DNA of 64,000 nt from Eledone cirrhosa (GCA_964016885.1 OZ024743.1:320416001-320480000); one strand, 5' to 3'; positions 13,316 through 26,029 are shown, numbered from the stretch's first letter. The notes: generated from the letters alone by a model not told the origin. Program-made: numbers and translations.

Positions 13316-13643
13316 ATATAAGAACAAAAGATGGGTAAAAGTGTTCCATGTACTTTATTATGCGCATTTCAAAAACAAATATCATCATGCAATAATATTT
13401 GTGTTTTTATCAGATAAAATAGGAAGGCATGATATGAAGGTTAAACAACACTTGTGGATAGTGCAGTTTAAAACTGATATGTTGATTTAAAACTGCACTA
13501 TACACAAGTGTTTTTTAACCTTCATATCATGTCTTCCTATTTTATCTGATGAAAACACAAATATTATTGCATGATGATATTTGTTTTTGAAATGCGCATA
13601 ATAAAATACATGGAACTCTTTTAACCATCTTTTGTTCTTATAT
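13316..13643. mobile_element. Fold-back (palindromic) MITE-like element, ~160-bp arms
   Basis: atataagaacaaaagatgg...gtgcagttt / aaactgcac...ccatcttttgttcttatat are near-perfect reverse complements, embedded in TA-rich sequence. Confidence 0.75.
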
Positions 13644-13784
13644 TATATATATATATATATATTTACACACACACACACATTAATATTAATTTTTAAGAGA
13701 AATAATTACCGTCATCATTTTATATCCAAATGTGTAAGTATTATATGAAAATACAAATGCGTACATGTAAATAGATATCATTAA

Positions 13785-13968
13785 TTGTTTCTATTTTTAG
13801 CACAGGCCAGCAATTTAAAGGGGAGGGGAAGGTCGATTAAATTGACCCCAGTGCATTACTGGTGCTTTATTTATCAACACCGGAAGGATGAAAGGCAAAG
13901 CTAACCTCAGCAGGATTTGAACTCAGAACGTAAAGGGACGTTCTGCCGATTCTGCCAATCCACCGCCC
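13785..13968 (-). mobile_element. tRNA-derived SINE (internally deleted)
   Basis: Reverse complement of the 9099-9280 family. Confidence 0.8.
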
Positions 13969-14281
13969 AAGTAGGCCCAATAATAACGGAAACAATCAGT
14001 TGCTGGCAATATTTTACGTATAGGTAAATCAGTTGTTTTTTTTTGTTTTAATTGCTTGTTAGATATTTTATTCAAGAAGATTAGAAATGTGATTAAAAAC
14101 TTACTGAAAATGTTTCCCAAAACTGTAAGAAAATAAATGTGTAAATTATTAAACTATACATTCACAAATAAATTATAAAGATGAATATGACGATGAAGAT
14201 GCTGGTGATTATGAGGATAGTGATAAAATATGTGTGGATGATGAAAATAAGTACAAATGCAAAAAAAAAAAAAAAAACCGC

Positions 14282-14352
<71 letters not shown>

Positions 14353-14559
14353 GTGAAAACTTGGACGGGAACAAAAACAGAGAGGCAGTACAAATAAAAT
14401 TTATTAGGTATATATATATATCAATAATATTAATAAATGGAAACTATCTTTATAAAACCATATTTATTGTATTATATATATTTCAAGGGTATCAACATTT
14501 TTGGTACGCCCTCGTCAGATAAAATACAAAAGTTGTTTTACAGATAGTGACATACCCAA

Positions 14560-15245
14560 AACAAGAATTTGGACAGGCCATCTTGTAAGGATGAATGACA
14601 AGCGAATGTCGAAGAGCTACTTTATGGCGAGCTCCAAATGGGAAAAGGGAACGCGAGCAAACCCAAGATGCGTTTTAAGGACTGCATCAAGGGGGCGCTG
14701 ATGAAAGGTAACATCCCTTGTGAGCACTGGGAAGCATGCGCTAGCGAGCGATCGCATTGGAGGAAAGCAGTGGCTAGTGGCAAGAGTCTATTTGAAGAAA
14801 CAAGAAGAAGGCACGCGACACTAAAAAGAGATGTCCGGAAAGGAATCCATATTGGCCTTCCCGAAGGCACTGACAGACGGCCTGCCCTGACATGTGAGAC
14901 CTGTAATAGGGTTTGTCTGAGCATGGCAGGTCTAAAGAGTCACCTGAGAGTGCACAAGAACAGGGAAGCAGGCACCTGTGGAGCTATAAGTGTTCATCAG
15001 ACGACGACATGTGATGTTTGTGGAAGTGTATGCAGGTCGAGTAGTGATCTCACATGACACCTTGGATCACATGGTGCTATGGACCCAGCACTAGGTGTCA
15101 ATAATTGTCACAAGTGTAGTGTTTGTACCAGAGTTTTCAAGTCGCTTGCTGGACTAAAAAGCCACACTCGTTCAATGCATCGGTAAGGGTTCTCCTACAT
15201 GGACATGAAGTAGTGGCCGTACTCGAAAACGAGTTGGCAGCCACC

Positions 15246-15247
<2 letters not shown>
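14560..15247 (+). mobile_element. RTE/RTE-X-like LINE 3' fragment with C-terminal C2H2 zinc fingers
   Basis: WTGHLVRMNDKR, LFYGEL, PKMRFKDCIK, WEACASERSHWR; then CETC..KSHLRVH, CDVC..*HLGSH and CSVC..KSHTRSMH. Ends at (TA)n. Confidence 0.75.
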
Positions 15248-15289
<42 letters not shown>

Positions 15290-16034
15290 TGAGATGCATT
15301 CTCGTGATTCTATTGAATATATATATAAGCCTCGATGCCATTTGTAAAAGCGCATTCAATGAATTATCGCGCACACATAACTTAGCAATAGTAATATTCG
15401 TAAAGTCGTTTGGGTAGATATATGGTTAATCGTGTATTGTATGAATAATTGTAAGTAAAAAGCTGAACATTATGTTTGGAAAGTAATTGTGTACTACACA
15501 GTTCACTATAACTTCCTCGTGATATACCACCCGCCGTTCGCTCCTCTTCCTTTTGGGAGATTTTTACTATATTCTGCACAACTTATCTCCTCTTCTATCA
15601 TGTGGTACTACCCCAACAATCAGACTTGCTTACTACAATCCCACCATTTTCCGTCTGTGTGTCACCTACTCTCTATCTTATTTTGCCTCTCTGGTTTAAT
15701 TGAAAATCTTCTTCACTCATTGTTTGAAATGTTGAACATTTTCATTATATATGAAATTTTCCCTTGAAATTTAATTTCAGGTACGTTCTGCTTTGTCTGA
15801 TTACATTATCATTCATGTTCAAATTCAGTATTCTAGTTTCAAATCGTCCTTGTCGGGTAAAATACTCCAGGGTTCTGTTTAATTATCTTGTTTAATACTG
15901 CGATCCCGGATGAATCAGCAGTCAAAACTGTTTAAATTCATCCGTACAGTCAATAGCTACGAATTTCTTGTTTCTGTATCATCTGTATGTCATTGTGTCA
16001 CCAGTTTGTCCCTATCTATGCTTCTATAAGGTTT

Positions 16035-16217
16035 TATTATCTTTGATGCAGGTGGGTGGGTTGGCAGTATCTTTGTAGCATAGAGTTACGCCCCTTTACG
16101 ATCTGAGTTCAAATCCCGCTGAGGTTAACTTTGCCTTTCATCCTTACCTGGTACATAAAATAAAGTACCAGTAATGCACTGAGACAATTGCTGGCCTTGT
16201 GCCAAAAGTAGAAACAA
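16035..16217 (+). mobile_element. tRNA-derived SINE with ~19-bp target-site duplication
   Basis: SINE core present; attatctttgatgcaggtg occurs on both sides. Confidence 0.85.
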
Positions 16218-16578
16218 TTATCTTTGATGCAGGTGAAACCATTCTCCTCTTTTAATAAAATGCAAACTATATTTATATAGACACACAATTATACATACAC
16301 AATCATACATATACATGTATGATTGTGTGTATGTATCTATATAAATATAGTTTGCATATATATATATATAAGCAAAGAGTTATTTAATTTGTTGGTTATT
16401 CAACAAATTTATTCATACATACATAAACATGCATGACTGCGGTTAATGTGTTGTATTATATGTATAATGTGTTGTATATATATATATGTCATATATATAT
16501 ATGTTATATATATATGTCATATATATATATGTTATATATATATGTGTGTGTTATATGTATAATGTGTTATATATATAT

Positions 16579-16697
<119 letters not shown>

Positions 16698-16737
16698 GGA
16701 AGAAAGAGAATTTAAAGGTTTATTAAATTTTACTTAC

Positions 16738-16782
16738 ATGGATCAGGTCTTCCTGCTACGCTCAGGCATAAAGTTAGAACAC
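16738..16782 (-). CDS. Secreted VWA-domain protein, exon 2 (GVLTLCLSVAGRPDP)
   Basis: Acceptor tttttatcattgcag| and donor |gtaagt; 45-nt phase 1-1 exon that completes the signal peptide. Confidence 0.75.
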
Positions 16783-17056
16783 CTGCAATGATAAAAATGT
16801 ATTAGATGAAATATATCATCTGAAGTAACCATATTACTTTCTTGATGGAAATAATACTGCATTGATTAATATATTTTGGGCGATTTAATTATTGTTGCTA
16901 TAAATCTAATACATTTTTTGAGATGCGAAGATCGTAACGTAGTGTTAGAGATGGTGTTTTCTCTTGGTTCTTCATGCTTACTTATAAGTATGGTATCTAT
17001 TAATAAGACAAAACAGAAATGTTATTATCCAAGAAATAGTAAACAGTGATAAATAC

Positions 17057-17087
17057 CAGCAAGAGCCGCAATAACCGAAAACTTCAT
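17057..17087 (-). CDS. Secreted VWA-domain protein, coding exon 1 (start of signal peptide, MKFSVIAALA)
   Basis: ATG at 17087, 10 codons + G, then a GT donor (GCTG|gtattt). Splices in frame (phase 1) to 16782 to give the hydrophobic signal peptide MKFSVIAALAGVLTLCLSVAG-RPDP. Confidence 0.75.
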
Positions 17088-17125
17088 CTTGGCGATTTGT
17101 GGTGCCAATTATAAAATTTGAGACC

Positions 17126-17133
17126 TTATATAA
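17126..17133 (-). promoter_or_regulatory. Possible TATA box of the VWA gene (TATATAAG)
   Basis: TATATAAG ~40 nt upstream of the ATG at 17087. A tttttctatttag acceptor at 17138 is an alternative reading (5' UTR intron). Confidence 0.3.
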
Positions 17134-17937
17134 CATTCTAAATAGAAAAATCAATATACAAAAATGTAACACGCGTTATATGTAGCACAGCTGTTGTCTA
17201 AAGTGCAGTAAAAATGAAATACGTGGGAACTAACTTTGCATATATAGTTTGCATATATATATATATAAGCAAAGTGTTATTTAATTATGCTACAAATTAA
17301 ATAACTCTTTGCTTATATATATATATATATACAAACTATATTTATATAGATACATACACACATTCATACATGTATATGTATGATTGTGTATGTATGAGGG
17401 CTGGGTGTATACGTTACCAGCTCCATAATTAATTGATTGGTTATCAATGTGTTTTAGAGGGAGCAGTGAAGCTTAGCATATTTCAGAAACCAATATATCT
17501 GACGTCCTAATCATTTTTTTCTACCTGTTACTCTTGATTTAGGAATCAATTTCGTTTTATCTGTTTGCGTGACTTATGTTTCATTGCAATGTGTTGAAAA
17601 CTAGCTTCAATTGTGCCGAGTGAGACAATTATGGTTTCACCGTATACTAAACAGCGTGTGTGATAAGGAAGTGTCAGTAATTCGGAGTAGAACAAAGCTA
17701 TTTCGTTAAGAAACAGAGGAAGATTTATTTCCCGTAGAAATGATATTTATAGAACTAGAAATGTTTCATTCGTTCGAAGTCATAGCTATACAAATAAGTC
17801 AACTGCATAAATAATTAAATAAGGTTTAATTTGTGTTATACTTGTGGGAAATCGAATGTCCTAATGTATTCGACGTTTGTCCTTCATCATGAAAGTATAA
17901 TGTTAGGAGACAATATATATATGTGGGATAATACCTA

Positions 17938-18004
<67 letters not shown>

Positions 18005-18157
18005 ATAAATGCTCTGAAATAGCGATATATATGTGAATATAGACATAGAATATTCGAAAATATTCTGTATGTTTATAATAAACATTTTGAAGACCTAATC
18101 GCTATAGAATAGAATACGTCACGTATTACAATTAGATTCTCGATAAAAGCAAGGGAA

Positions 18158-18200
18158 GTAATCTACGCGTTTCATTCTCGTTAGAAATCATCAGGACTAC
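18158..18200 (-). ncRNA. Type-I hammerhead ribozyme, copy 1
   Basis: guaguc-CUGAUGA-uuucu(aacg)agaau-GAAA-cgc-GUA-gauuac. Confidence 0.85.
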
Positions 18201-18467
18201 ATATCCAGTGCTTTTATCGAGAATGACACAGCTAGAGACTTATAGAATACTTAGCTGTGTACAGGAACTGGTTTGAAAGAGCGGTTGCCGGTCCGGCAGA
18301 AATTAGAAATTGGAATAAATGCTCTGAAATAGCGATATATATGTGAATATAGACATAGAATATTCGAAAATATTCTGTATGTTTATAATAAACATTTTGA
18401 AGACCTAATCGCTATAGAATAGAATACGTCACGTATTACAATTAGATTCTCGATAAAAGCAAGGGAA

Positions 18468-18510
18468 GTAATCTACGCGTTTCATTCTCGTTAGAAATCA
18501 TCAGGACTAC
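18468..18510 (-). ncRNA. Type-I hammerhead ribozyme, copy 2
   Basis: Same motif, +310 nt. Confidence 0.85.
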
Positions 18511-18777
18511 ATATCCAGTGCTTTTATCGAGAATGACACAGCTAGAGACTTATAGAATACTTAGCTGTGTACAGGAACTGGTTTGAAAGAGCGGTTGCCG
18601 GTCCGGCAGAAATTAGAAATTGGAATAAATGCTCTGAAATAGCGATATATATGTGAATATAGACATAGAATATTCGAAAATATTCTGTATGTTTATAATA
18701 AACATTTTGAAGACCTAATCGCTATAGAATAGAATACGTCACGTATTACAATTAGATTCTCGATAAAAGCAAGGGAA

Positions 18778-18820
18778 GTAATCTACGCGTTTCATTCTCG
18801 TTAGAAATCATCAGGACTAC
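18778..18820 (-). ncRNA. Type-I hammerhead ribozyme, copy 3
   Basis: Same motif, +620 nt. Confidence 0.85.
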
Positions 18821-19113
18821 ATATCCAGTGCTTTTATCGAGAATGACACAGCTAGAGACTTATAGAATATAATTGTAATACGTGACGTATTCTATTCTAT
18901 AGCGATTAGGTCTTCAAAATGTTTATTATAAACATACAGAATATTTTCGAATATTCTATGTCTATATTCACATATATATCGCTATTTCAGAGCATTTATT
19001 CCAATTTCTAATTTCTGCCGGACCGGCAACCGCTCTTTCAAACCAGTTCCTGTACACAGCTAAGTATTCTATAAGTCTCTAGCTGTGTCATTCTCGATAA
19101 AAGCACTGGATAT

Positions 19114-19156
19114 GTAGTCCTGATGATTTCTAACGAGAATGAAACGTGTAGATTAC
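19114..19156 (+). ncRNA. Type-I hammerhead ribozyme, copy 4 (stem III ACGUGU variant)
   Basis: CTGATGA 19120-19126, GAAA 19141-19144, predicted cleavage after GUA at 19150. Confidence 0.82.
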
Positions 19157-19423
19157 TTCCCTTGCTTTTATCGAGAATCTAATTGTAATACGTGACGTAT
19201 TCTATTCTATAGCGATTAGGTCTTCAAAATGTTTATTATAAACATACAGAATATTTTCGAATATTCTATGTCTATATTCACATATATATCGCTATTTCAG
19301 AGCATTTATTCCAATTTCTAATTTCTGCCGGACCGGCAACCGCTCTTTCAAACCAGTTCCTGTACACAGCTAAGTATTCTATAAGTCTCTAGCTGTGTCA
19401 TTCTCGATAAAAGCACTGGATAT

Positions 19424-19466
19424 GTAGTCCTGATGATTTCTAACGAGAATGAAACGCGTAGATTAC
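19424..19466 (+). ncRNA. Type-I hammerhead ribozyme, copy 5
   Basis: CTGATGA 19430-19436, cleavage after 19460. Confidence 0.85.
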
Positions 19467-19733
19467 TTCCCTTGCTTTTATCGATAATCTAATTGTAATA
19501 CGTGACGTATTCTATTCTATAGCGATTAGGTCTTCAAAATGTTTATTATAAACATACAGAATATTTTCGAATATTCTATGTCTATATTCACATATATATC
19601 GCTATTTCAGAGCATTTATTCCAATTTCTAATTTCTGCCGGACCGGCAACCGCTCTTTCAAACCAGTTCCTGTACACAGCTAAGTATTCTATAAGTCTCT
19701 AGCTGTGTCATTCTCGATAAAAGCACTGGATAT

Positions 19734-19776
19734 GTAGTCCTGATGATTTCTAACGAGAATGAAACGCGTAGATTAC
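19734..19776 (+). ncRNA. Type-I hammerhead ribozyme, copy 6
   Basis: CTGATGA 19740-19746, cleavage after 19770. Confidence 0.85.
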
Positions 19777-19894
19777 TTCCCTTGCTTTTATCGAGAATTT
19801 AATTGTAATACGTGACGTATTCTATTCTATAGCGATTAGGTCTTCAAAATGTTTATTATAAACATACAGAATATTTTCGAATATTCTATGTCTA

Positions 19895-19994
<100 letters not shown>

Positions 19995-20044
19995 TATATA
20001 TATATATGTATATATATATATTTATTTACTCATATATATTTTTA

Positions 20045-21420
20045 TCTTAGACATATTACGTGTTAGATTCCCGGACTTACACACGGGAATATACCGCGAC
20101 GATGGACTGACTTTATCGAGCCATAAAAGTGGTCACAACCTCAACCGGTTTAAAAAAGACTTAGCTTCTACCTTCAATGAGTTAGGCCTTAGGATAACAG
20201 TAGCTACCAACCTCTCTAGCGTAGATTTCTTAGACATTAATTTAGACATTGGCACACACAGCCACAGACCCTTCCATAAGCTAAACGAGAAACTTAATTA
20301 CATTCACAAGGACTCATGCCACCCTTCCACTGTTTTTAGAAACTTCGTTAAGAATATCAGTACTAGAATCTCAAACCTCTCCTCTAATAAGGCTATCTTT
20401 GACAGGGCAGCACCCTACTATAACACGGCGTTGGCTAACAGCGGCTTCTCACAACCTACCATTACTCTCCCACTAACAACAACAGCAATAAGAAAAGTAA
20501 GCGCATCAATAGACAAACTATCTGGTTCTCTCCTCCCTTCTCACTCAATGTTAAAACCAATGTAGGAAAAACATTTCTAGCCCTCGTAGATAGACACTTC
20601 CCCATAGGTCATAAATACCGCCCCATCTTTAACCGACACAAAGTTAAACTAGGATACTCCTGCGCTAAGAACATGAAGGCCCACATCACCAGCAGCCTTA
20701 GGAGCAACACGCCACCAGGGTGCTCTTGCCGTAAGTCTGAAGCTTTCCCCCTTCAACAGCAATGCAACACACCAGCTGTAATCTATGAAGCTGTGGTCAC
20801 TTCCAACCGACCAAACGAACCACAGGAGGTCAAATCCTATGTGAGCATGGCGGAGGGCCGATTCAAGGAGCGTTTCCTGAACCACCAGTCTACCTTCAGA
20901 TACCCGGACAGACGTTCATCCACGAAACTCGCGAGCCACGTATGGTCCCTCAAGGTCTCAAGTATAGGGTACTCCATTCAATGGAAAGCCATCACTAAGT
21001 CCAAGCAATACGCAAGGGGAAATCCGACGTGTGGCTTATGTATTGACGAACGAATAACTATCCTAAAGAGATTACGCAATAGTGATTGCCTAAACACGAG
21101 AAGTGAATTGTTCACACGTTGTCCACACGTCACCAAACATCTATTGCATAACTACAAGGCTCCGGACTGATTATTTGTAATTTTATTTTTAATTCTTTTT
21201 ATTTTATTTTCAACCTAAAAACTTTCCGGACTTTCGCAGTTTTCTCCCTACACCTCCCGCACGCAGTCTAGTATTGCCTGTGTGAAGTGACCGATTTTCT
21301 GCGCATGCGCGTTCGTACGTTTGTCCTTCCTGTTCCTATAACCATACACATCCCGAGCTGAAGATCCGCGAAGGTGAAACAATTGTTCTCGGTATGGTGA
21401 ACTAACTGTTGTGTAAACAC
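20045..21420 (+). mobile_element. Penelope-like element (Naiad-type RT thumb + GIY-YIG), 5'-truncated and frameshifted
   Basis: [23 protein letters not shown]; GCSCRK..PL...C, AVIYEA..KSYVSMAEGRFKERFLNH, CGLC, LNTRSE...CPH. 3' UTR carries a hammerhead. Confidence 0.88.
21341..21398 (+). ncRNA. Minimal type-I hammerhead ribozyme in the PLE 3' UTR
   Basis: ccgag-CUGAAGA-ucc(gcgaa)ggu-GAAA-caauu-GUU-cucgg, with an accaua/uauggu stem-I extension and palindromic stem III (ACAAUUGU). Confidence 0.82.
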
Positions 21421-21923
21421 TTCTCTCTCTCTATATATATAGAGAGAGAGAGCCTCATTGATATCAGACAAGACATAAGATACCATTGCAATATAAAATA
21501 ACCGAAATTTGAAAGTTCGATGGATCGGTTTCTTGTTAGCTCAAAGATATTTGTTAGTTGTCGTAAACCCACTTTCATTGCAGACAACTGTTTAAAATCT
21601 GCAATCTTTCAAACAATATCACAGTGCACAGATTTAAATTACATCGCCAGACATCGTTTGACATTTCAGTTGGCATTCCTGTAGGCACTAAGCCCCTGAC
21701 ATCCATAGTAGTGATTAGAAGGAACGGCAATCCCGATTTAAATACAAGCGGAGAGGCCTCATTAGACATCTAATCTAGTAATGCACTCTCTACTATGAAC
21801 GTCATAAGAACTTGCATGATAAAAATAATTACAATTTAATAATAGAAATTAAATTGAGTTAAATTAAGAACAAATTATATACAAGTTAATATAGTACATT
21901 AATTCTTCTAATTTCAATTAACA

Positions 21924-22923
21924 TCTATATATATAAAACTGTGGTTGTCTGTCTGTCTATCGATTTTTGGCACACATCTCCTCTTAGAATCTCTGACGGA
22001 ATTGCATCGAAATTGCTATACTTGTACATTGAGCCCTAGCGAAGACATCGGAAAAAGATATTTCAAATTGACCCACCCTATGTGACGAAATCGAATATAA
22101 TGTATCGATTTTTGAGCGTAAGTTATCAGTTATTTCCCTTTGTTCTGTTTACATTGAGCGTCTTACGTAAAAAATTGCGCTGGCTTTCTCAGCGTTTAAA
22201 ATGACATTAACACAATACACGAACAGTTGTCGAGCCAGCAAAATATTGACCTGCAAAATTCATCAGTTCGAACACTAAGCTTCCGTTTTGCTTCATTTCC
22301 ATTTAAAAGCATTTTAAAACAATATTTTTACTTGAAAACAAGTCTATTTAAAGACTACGTAAAACAAGCAAATATTTCGTCGTTAGGCGTGCAGACAGAC
22401 AGTCGTGCAGACAGACAGTCGTGCAGACAGACAGTCGTGCAGAGAGGTGATATACGCGTGCAGACAGATAGTCGTGCAGAGAGGTGATATAGGCGTGCAG
22501 ACAGACAGTCGTGCAGAGAGGTGATATAGGTGTGCAGACAGACAGTCGTGCAGAGAGGTGATATAGGCGTGCAGACAGACAGTCGTGCAGAGAGATGATA
22601 TAGGCGTGCAGACAGACATAACTGATAATTTGGTTACGCTAATGTTTTTCTCTGCGTTGCAGTGTTTACATTTTCGATCTTTGTTAATAAATAACCAGTG
22701 CAGTTTCTATCCCCAGCATCCTCTTTTGTTATAACATTCGGGTTATCGTTATGTTTTCTTAACTTCATAAGGCATATTGTTGGTTGAGGGAATATTAATC
22801 AAAAACACCACATGCAAGTCTGCACAGTAGACACTACAGTTTTTAAGCCAAGAAAGAAACTTAACATTGTAACTTTAACACAGCTACTGAGCGACCCCGA
22901 GCAACGCCGGGCTTTACTGCTAG
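21924..22923 (+). mobile_element. Non-autonomous Helitron
   Basis: A|TC...CTAG|T termini; subterminal hairpin cccgagcaacgccggg ~10 nt before CTAG; no TSD; contains a minisatellite. Confidence 0.8.
22384..22618 (+). repeat. 37-bp minisatellite inside the Helitron
   Basis: Unit taggcgtgcagacagacagtcgtgcagagaggtgata, built from a 16-bp subunit. Confidence 0.9.
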
Positions 22924-23688
22924 TTAGTTTATAAACTAATTAAGTCAACATTCATGCTATGGATAATTAATACATCTTTAGTAAATAAAGAGAGATGATT
23001 CGATTTATCAAGCTTAGAAGTAAAAGTTAACAAGGGACTTTGGTTGAGCTGCTTTTATTATAGCACAGGGAGAATGGAGAAAATCAAAAGGGTGTGTAAA
23101 TTAAGGGTATTTAAAGAAAATTAAAGTATAAGAAAATGATCTGATAAACAACATTAGCGAAGGTTCTAGTTTCAATACCTCTTCAGTAGTGAGCAAAATT
23201 GTAAAATATATTTGTCGCAGTGTGGACATATGCTGCATGTATGGCTCTTGTTTAAATAATTGTCTGATTATAGAGAGCTTTTCAGTTTTTGTCTCCTCTC
23301 AACTGAGAGAGTCTAAATTTCCTGCTACCGTTCATAGAAGCTCTGCACTTCTACACGATCCATTAGATAGTAGTGTAATCAGTAGTCAACATTTTAATTG
23401 CATATATATATGTTTTTCGTTGGGTTTTCTAAAGGTTATCTAATATAAATCAATTCAGGCGCATAATCCACAGGTTGGGTTTATATTAACCCAAGTGCAG
23501 TTCTTTTTTGTAAGGTAAATGTTCTTCTGACGTCCGTCATTACTCTTAACTTGCTATCATCTCTAATGCAATACCGTCTGCGAAATGTAATACTTTGTTT
23601 AATAGCTTTTTCGAAACCGAAGCATAAAAGTCTACAAAGTCTACAATTGTATCTAACCAATTCTGATATCGTTGATTATAGCCTATTA

Positions 23689-23689
<1 letters not shown>

Positions 23690-23719
<30 letters not shown>

Positions 23720-25140
23720 CTTCTTCTTCTTCTTCTTCTTCTTCTTCTTCTTCTTCTTCTTCTTCTTCTTCTTCTTCTTCTTCTTCTTCTTCTTCTTCTT
23801 TAGACGACAGTGGGGGAAGTGTACTCAAACACTCCTTCCAGCGCGTCCTGTCAGAAGCAACCGTCTCCAACTGGTTCAACTTGATCCCCAATCGTAACCA
23901 GTCAACCTGATGGATGTTATTCAACCATCTTGCTCGGGGTCTGCCACTGGGTCTCCTAGCGATTGGGTTTGCCTGTAAAATCGCTTCAACCATTCTTTTC
24001 TGAGACAGTATAACCACAGGACCATAGTATCGGAGCTGTGAACTCTCAATTCAGAGAAGTATCGGCTCTACCTAGGTTGACTTTCTGATCACCGTGCTAG
24101 ACACTATATCGCGTAACGTTATTCCGAAGATCCTTCCGAGGAATCCCATTTCGGCCCCTTGTATTAGCGATCGTATTCCTTCTGTCATTACTCAAGATTC
24201 ATGACACACATATCGGTTGGCATGGATACCGAATTTAAGGTAGCGAATTTGTCTACTCCCTTCTTCTGATTGCTGTATGATGAAACTGATGCATTACTTC
24301 ACCAGCTCCTGCAATTCTGGCACTTAATTCCACCCCTTATCTTCCATCACTCGTGATCACGGCCCCAAGATACTTGAAATTCTCCACCTACTTCAGTGGA
24401 ACTCCATTCACATGTAGAGTGCACTGCGGAGGCTTCCTTGTGAGGACGGGGGTCTCAGTTTTCGCAGCACTGATTTTCATTCCAGCCATGCAGCACTTGG
24501 CATCAACCCTATCAAGGGCACGACGAAGATCGCCTACTGTCGTGTTAAGTAATAACATGTCGTCTGCAACTTCCAGCCGACTGATTTTACATCCGCCAGT
24601 CGTGATACTACTCCCAACCCGACTGGGCATATCAATCCTGTACTTGACATTAATGAACAGATCAGGTAATAGTACGCAACCTTGGTGGAGTCCGACTCCT
24701 ACATTGAATGGTTTCAATTTAGCACCATTTATCCGAACACAAATACTCGAGCAAACATATAGAGATATCCGAGCAACAAGAAGCTGACCATCAATCTCAT
24801 ACACCTGCAGAACCTTCCACGACAGGTCCCGTGGAACACAATCATTTTCCTTTTCGAGTTCTACAAAGCAAAAATACACCTCTTGGCAGTACTCTCACGA
24901 TTTCTCAAAGAGCTGTCGCGTTGCAAATATTTTGTCAGTTCTGCTGCGTCCGAAGCGAGAACCAAATTGTTTATCAGATAGATTGGACTGACAATCTCCC
25001 TACATCTCTTTGCCAGACACTTAGCATAGACGTTACAAGAAGATCTCTATAATTAGAGCAATTTCTCTTGTCTGCCTTTTTGAAGATTGGGATTATCACT
25101 CCAAATTGCCATTGCTTATGTACTTTTTCAGAGATTCAGA
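23690..25140 (-). mobile_element. RTE-clade LINE, 5'-truncated, with (GAA)n 3' tail
   Basis: CSNYREISL, FCFVELEK, VGLHQGCVL, EVADD, GMKISAAKTE, RRPSGRPRARW; (TTC)n at 23690-23800. Confidence 0.85.
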
Positions 25141-25774
25141 CCTTCAGAGATTTAGTCATTCTAATCAATATCAAATTCCCCACTTTGCCGTTATCATATA
25201 TTACCATAAATGCTCCCTGGAGGTGGTGCTCCTGTTAGTATTGTATATTTGAGGGAGTACAGAATCTCAGCGGTTAGATTCTCAGTAAATTTGTGAAACA
25301 AATATTTTCTGAAAACCTGATATTCAGCTTTCGGATGAAATTGTCTCCGTTACTTAAAATATGACTGATCTTTGTTTTAATGTTTATAATATATCATATA
25401 TTGTGATTTAGGAAGCACGGTGTTGCTTGCTTCGAAAAGTTTAATTACTGTTTCTCTGCATTTTAACAGAGAGACAAATAATTGTATGTATCTCAGAGTA
25501 GAAGAAATAGCTCAATGACTTAAATGTGATAGAGCAGGTTTTTCAGGGGGAAGAGACGTATTAGTTGAAATACATAGCTGAAAGACACACATGACCTGGC
25601 CTACTCCCAGGCACGCGCGTAGCCATGCAAGTAATATACTCTCCCACTGAAAATTCCACTAGCAAGCTATTGTGCAAAATAAGTTAATGATAGATTTGAC
25701 TTTTATGCCAATGCCGAGAACACAGGTATAACTATGCTCTTGAGCTTATTTCACAATTATCATTTAATTCTATA

Positions 25775-25815
<41 letters not shown>

Positions 25816-25910
25816 TCCCCCACCTACCCCCCCCCCCCCCACTCTCCTGAGCGTGAATTTAATAAACATTTATCGTACTGCCTCTCTGTTCTGTCCCTGT
25901 TCAATTTTTC

Positions 25911-25978
<68 letters not shown>

Positions 25979-26029
25979 TATATATATATAATTATAAAAT
26001 GTGGAGAAGGAGCACACGAGTTGGAATAT

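Noticed and set aside
12791-13327. Long ORFs rich in YI/HT/RE/LSIY (also 150-536, 16433-16791, and the N-termini of 11078-12463 and 19849-20565)
   Set aside because: Translations of (TA)n, (CA)n, (GA)n and (ATCT)n microsatellites, not genes.
20673-21170. Selenocysteine-containing Naiad protein
   Set aside because: No in-frame TGA at the conserved Cys positions of the endonuclease region in either copy.
22384-22618. 37-bp repeats resembling a CRISPR array in length
   Set aside because: No unique spacers and no cas genes; it is a eukaryotic minisatellite inside a Helitron.
23676-24017. Poly-Glu/poly-Ser ORFs
   Set aside because: (GAA)n tail of an RTE element.
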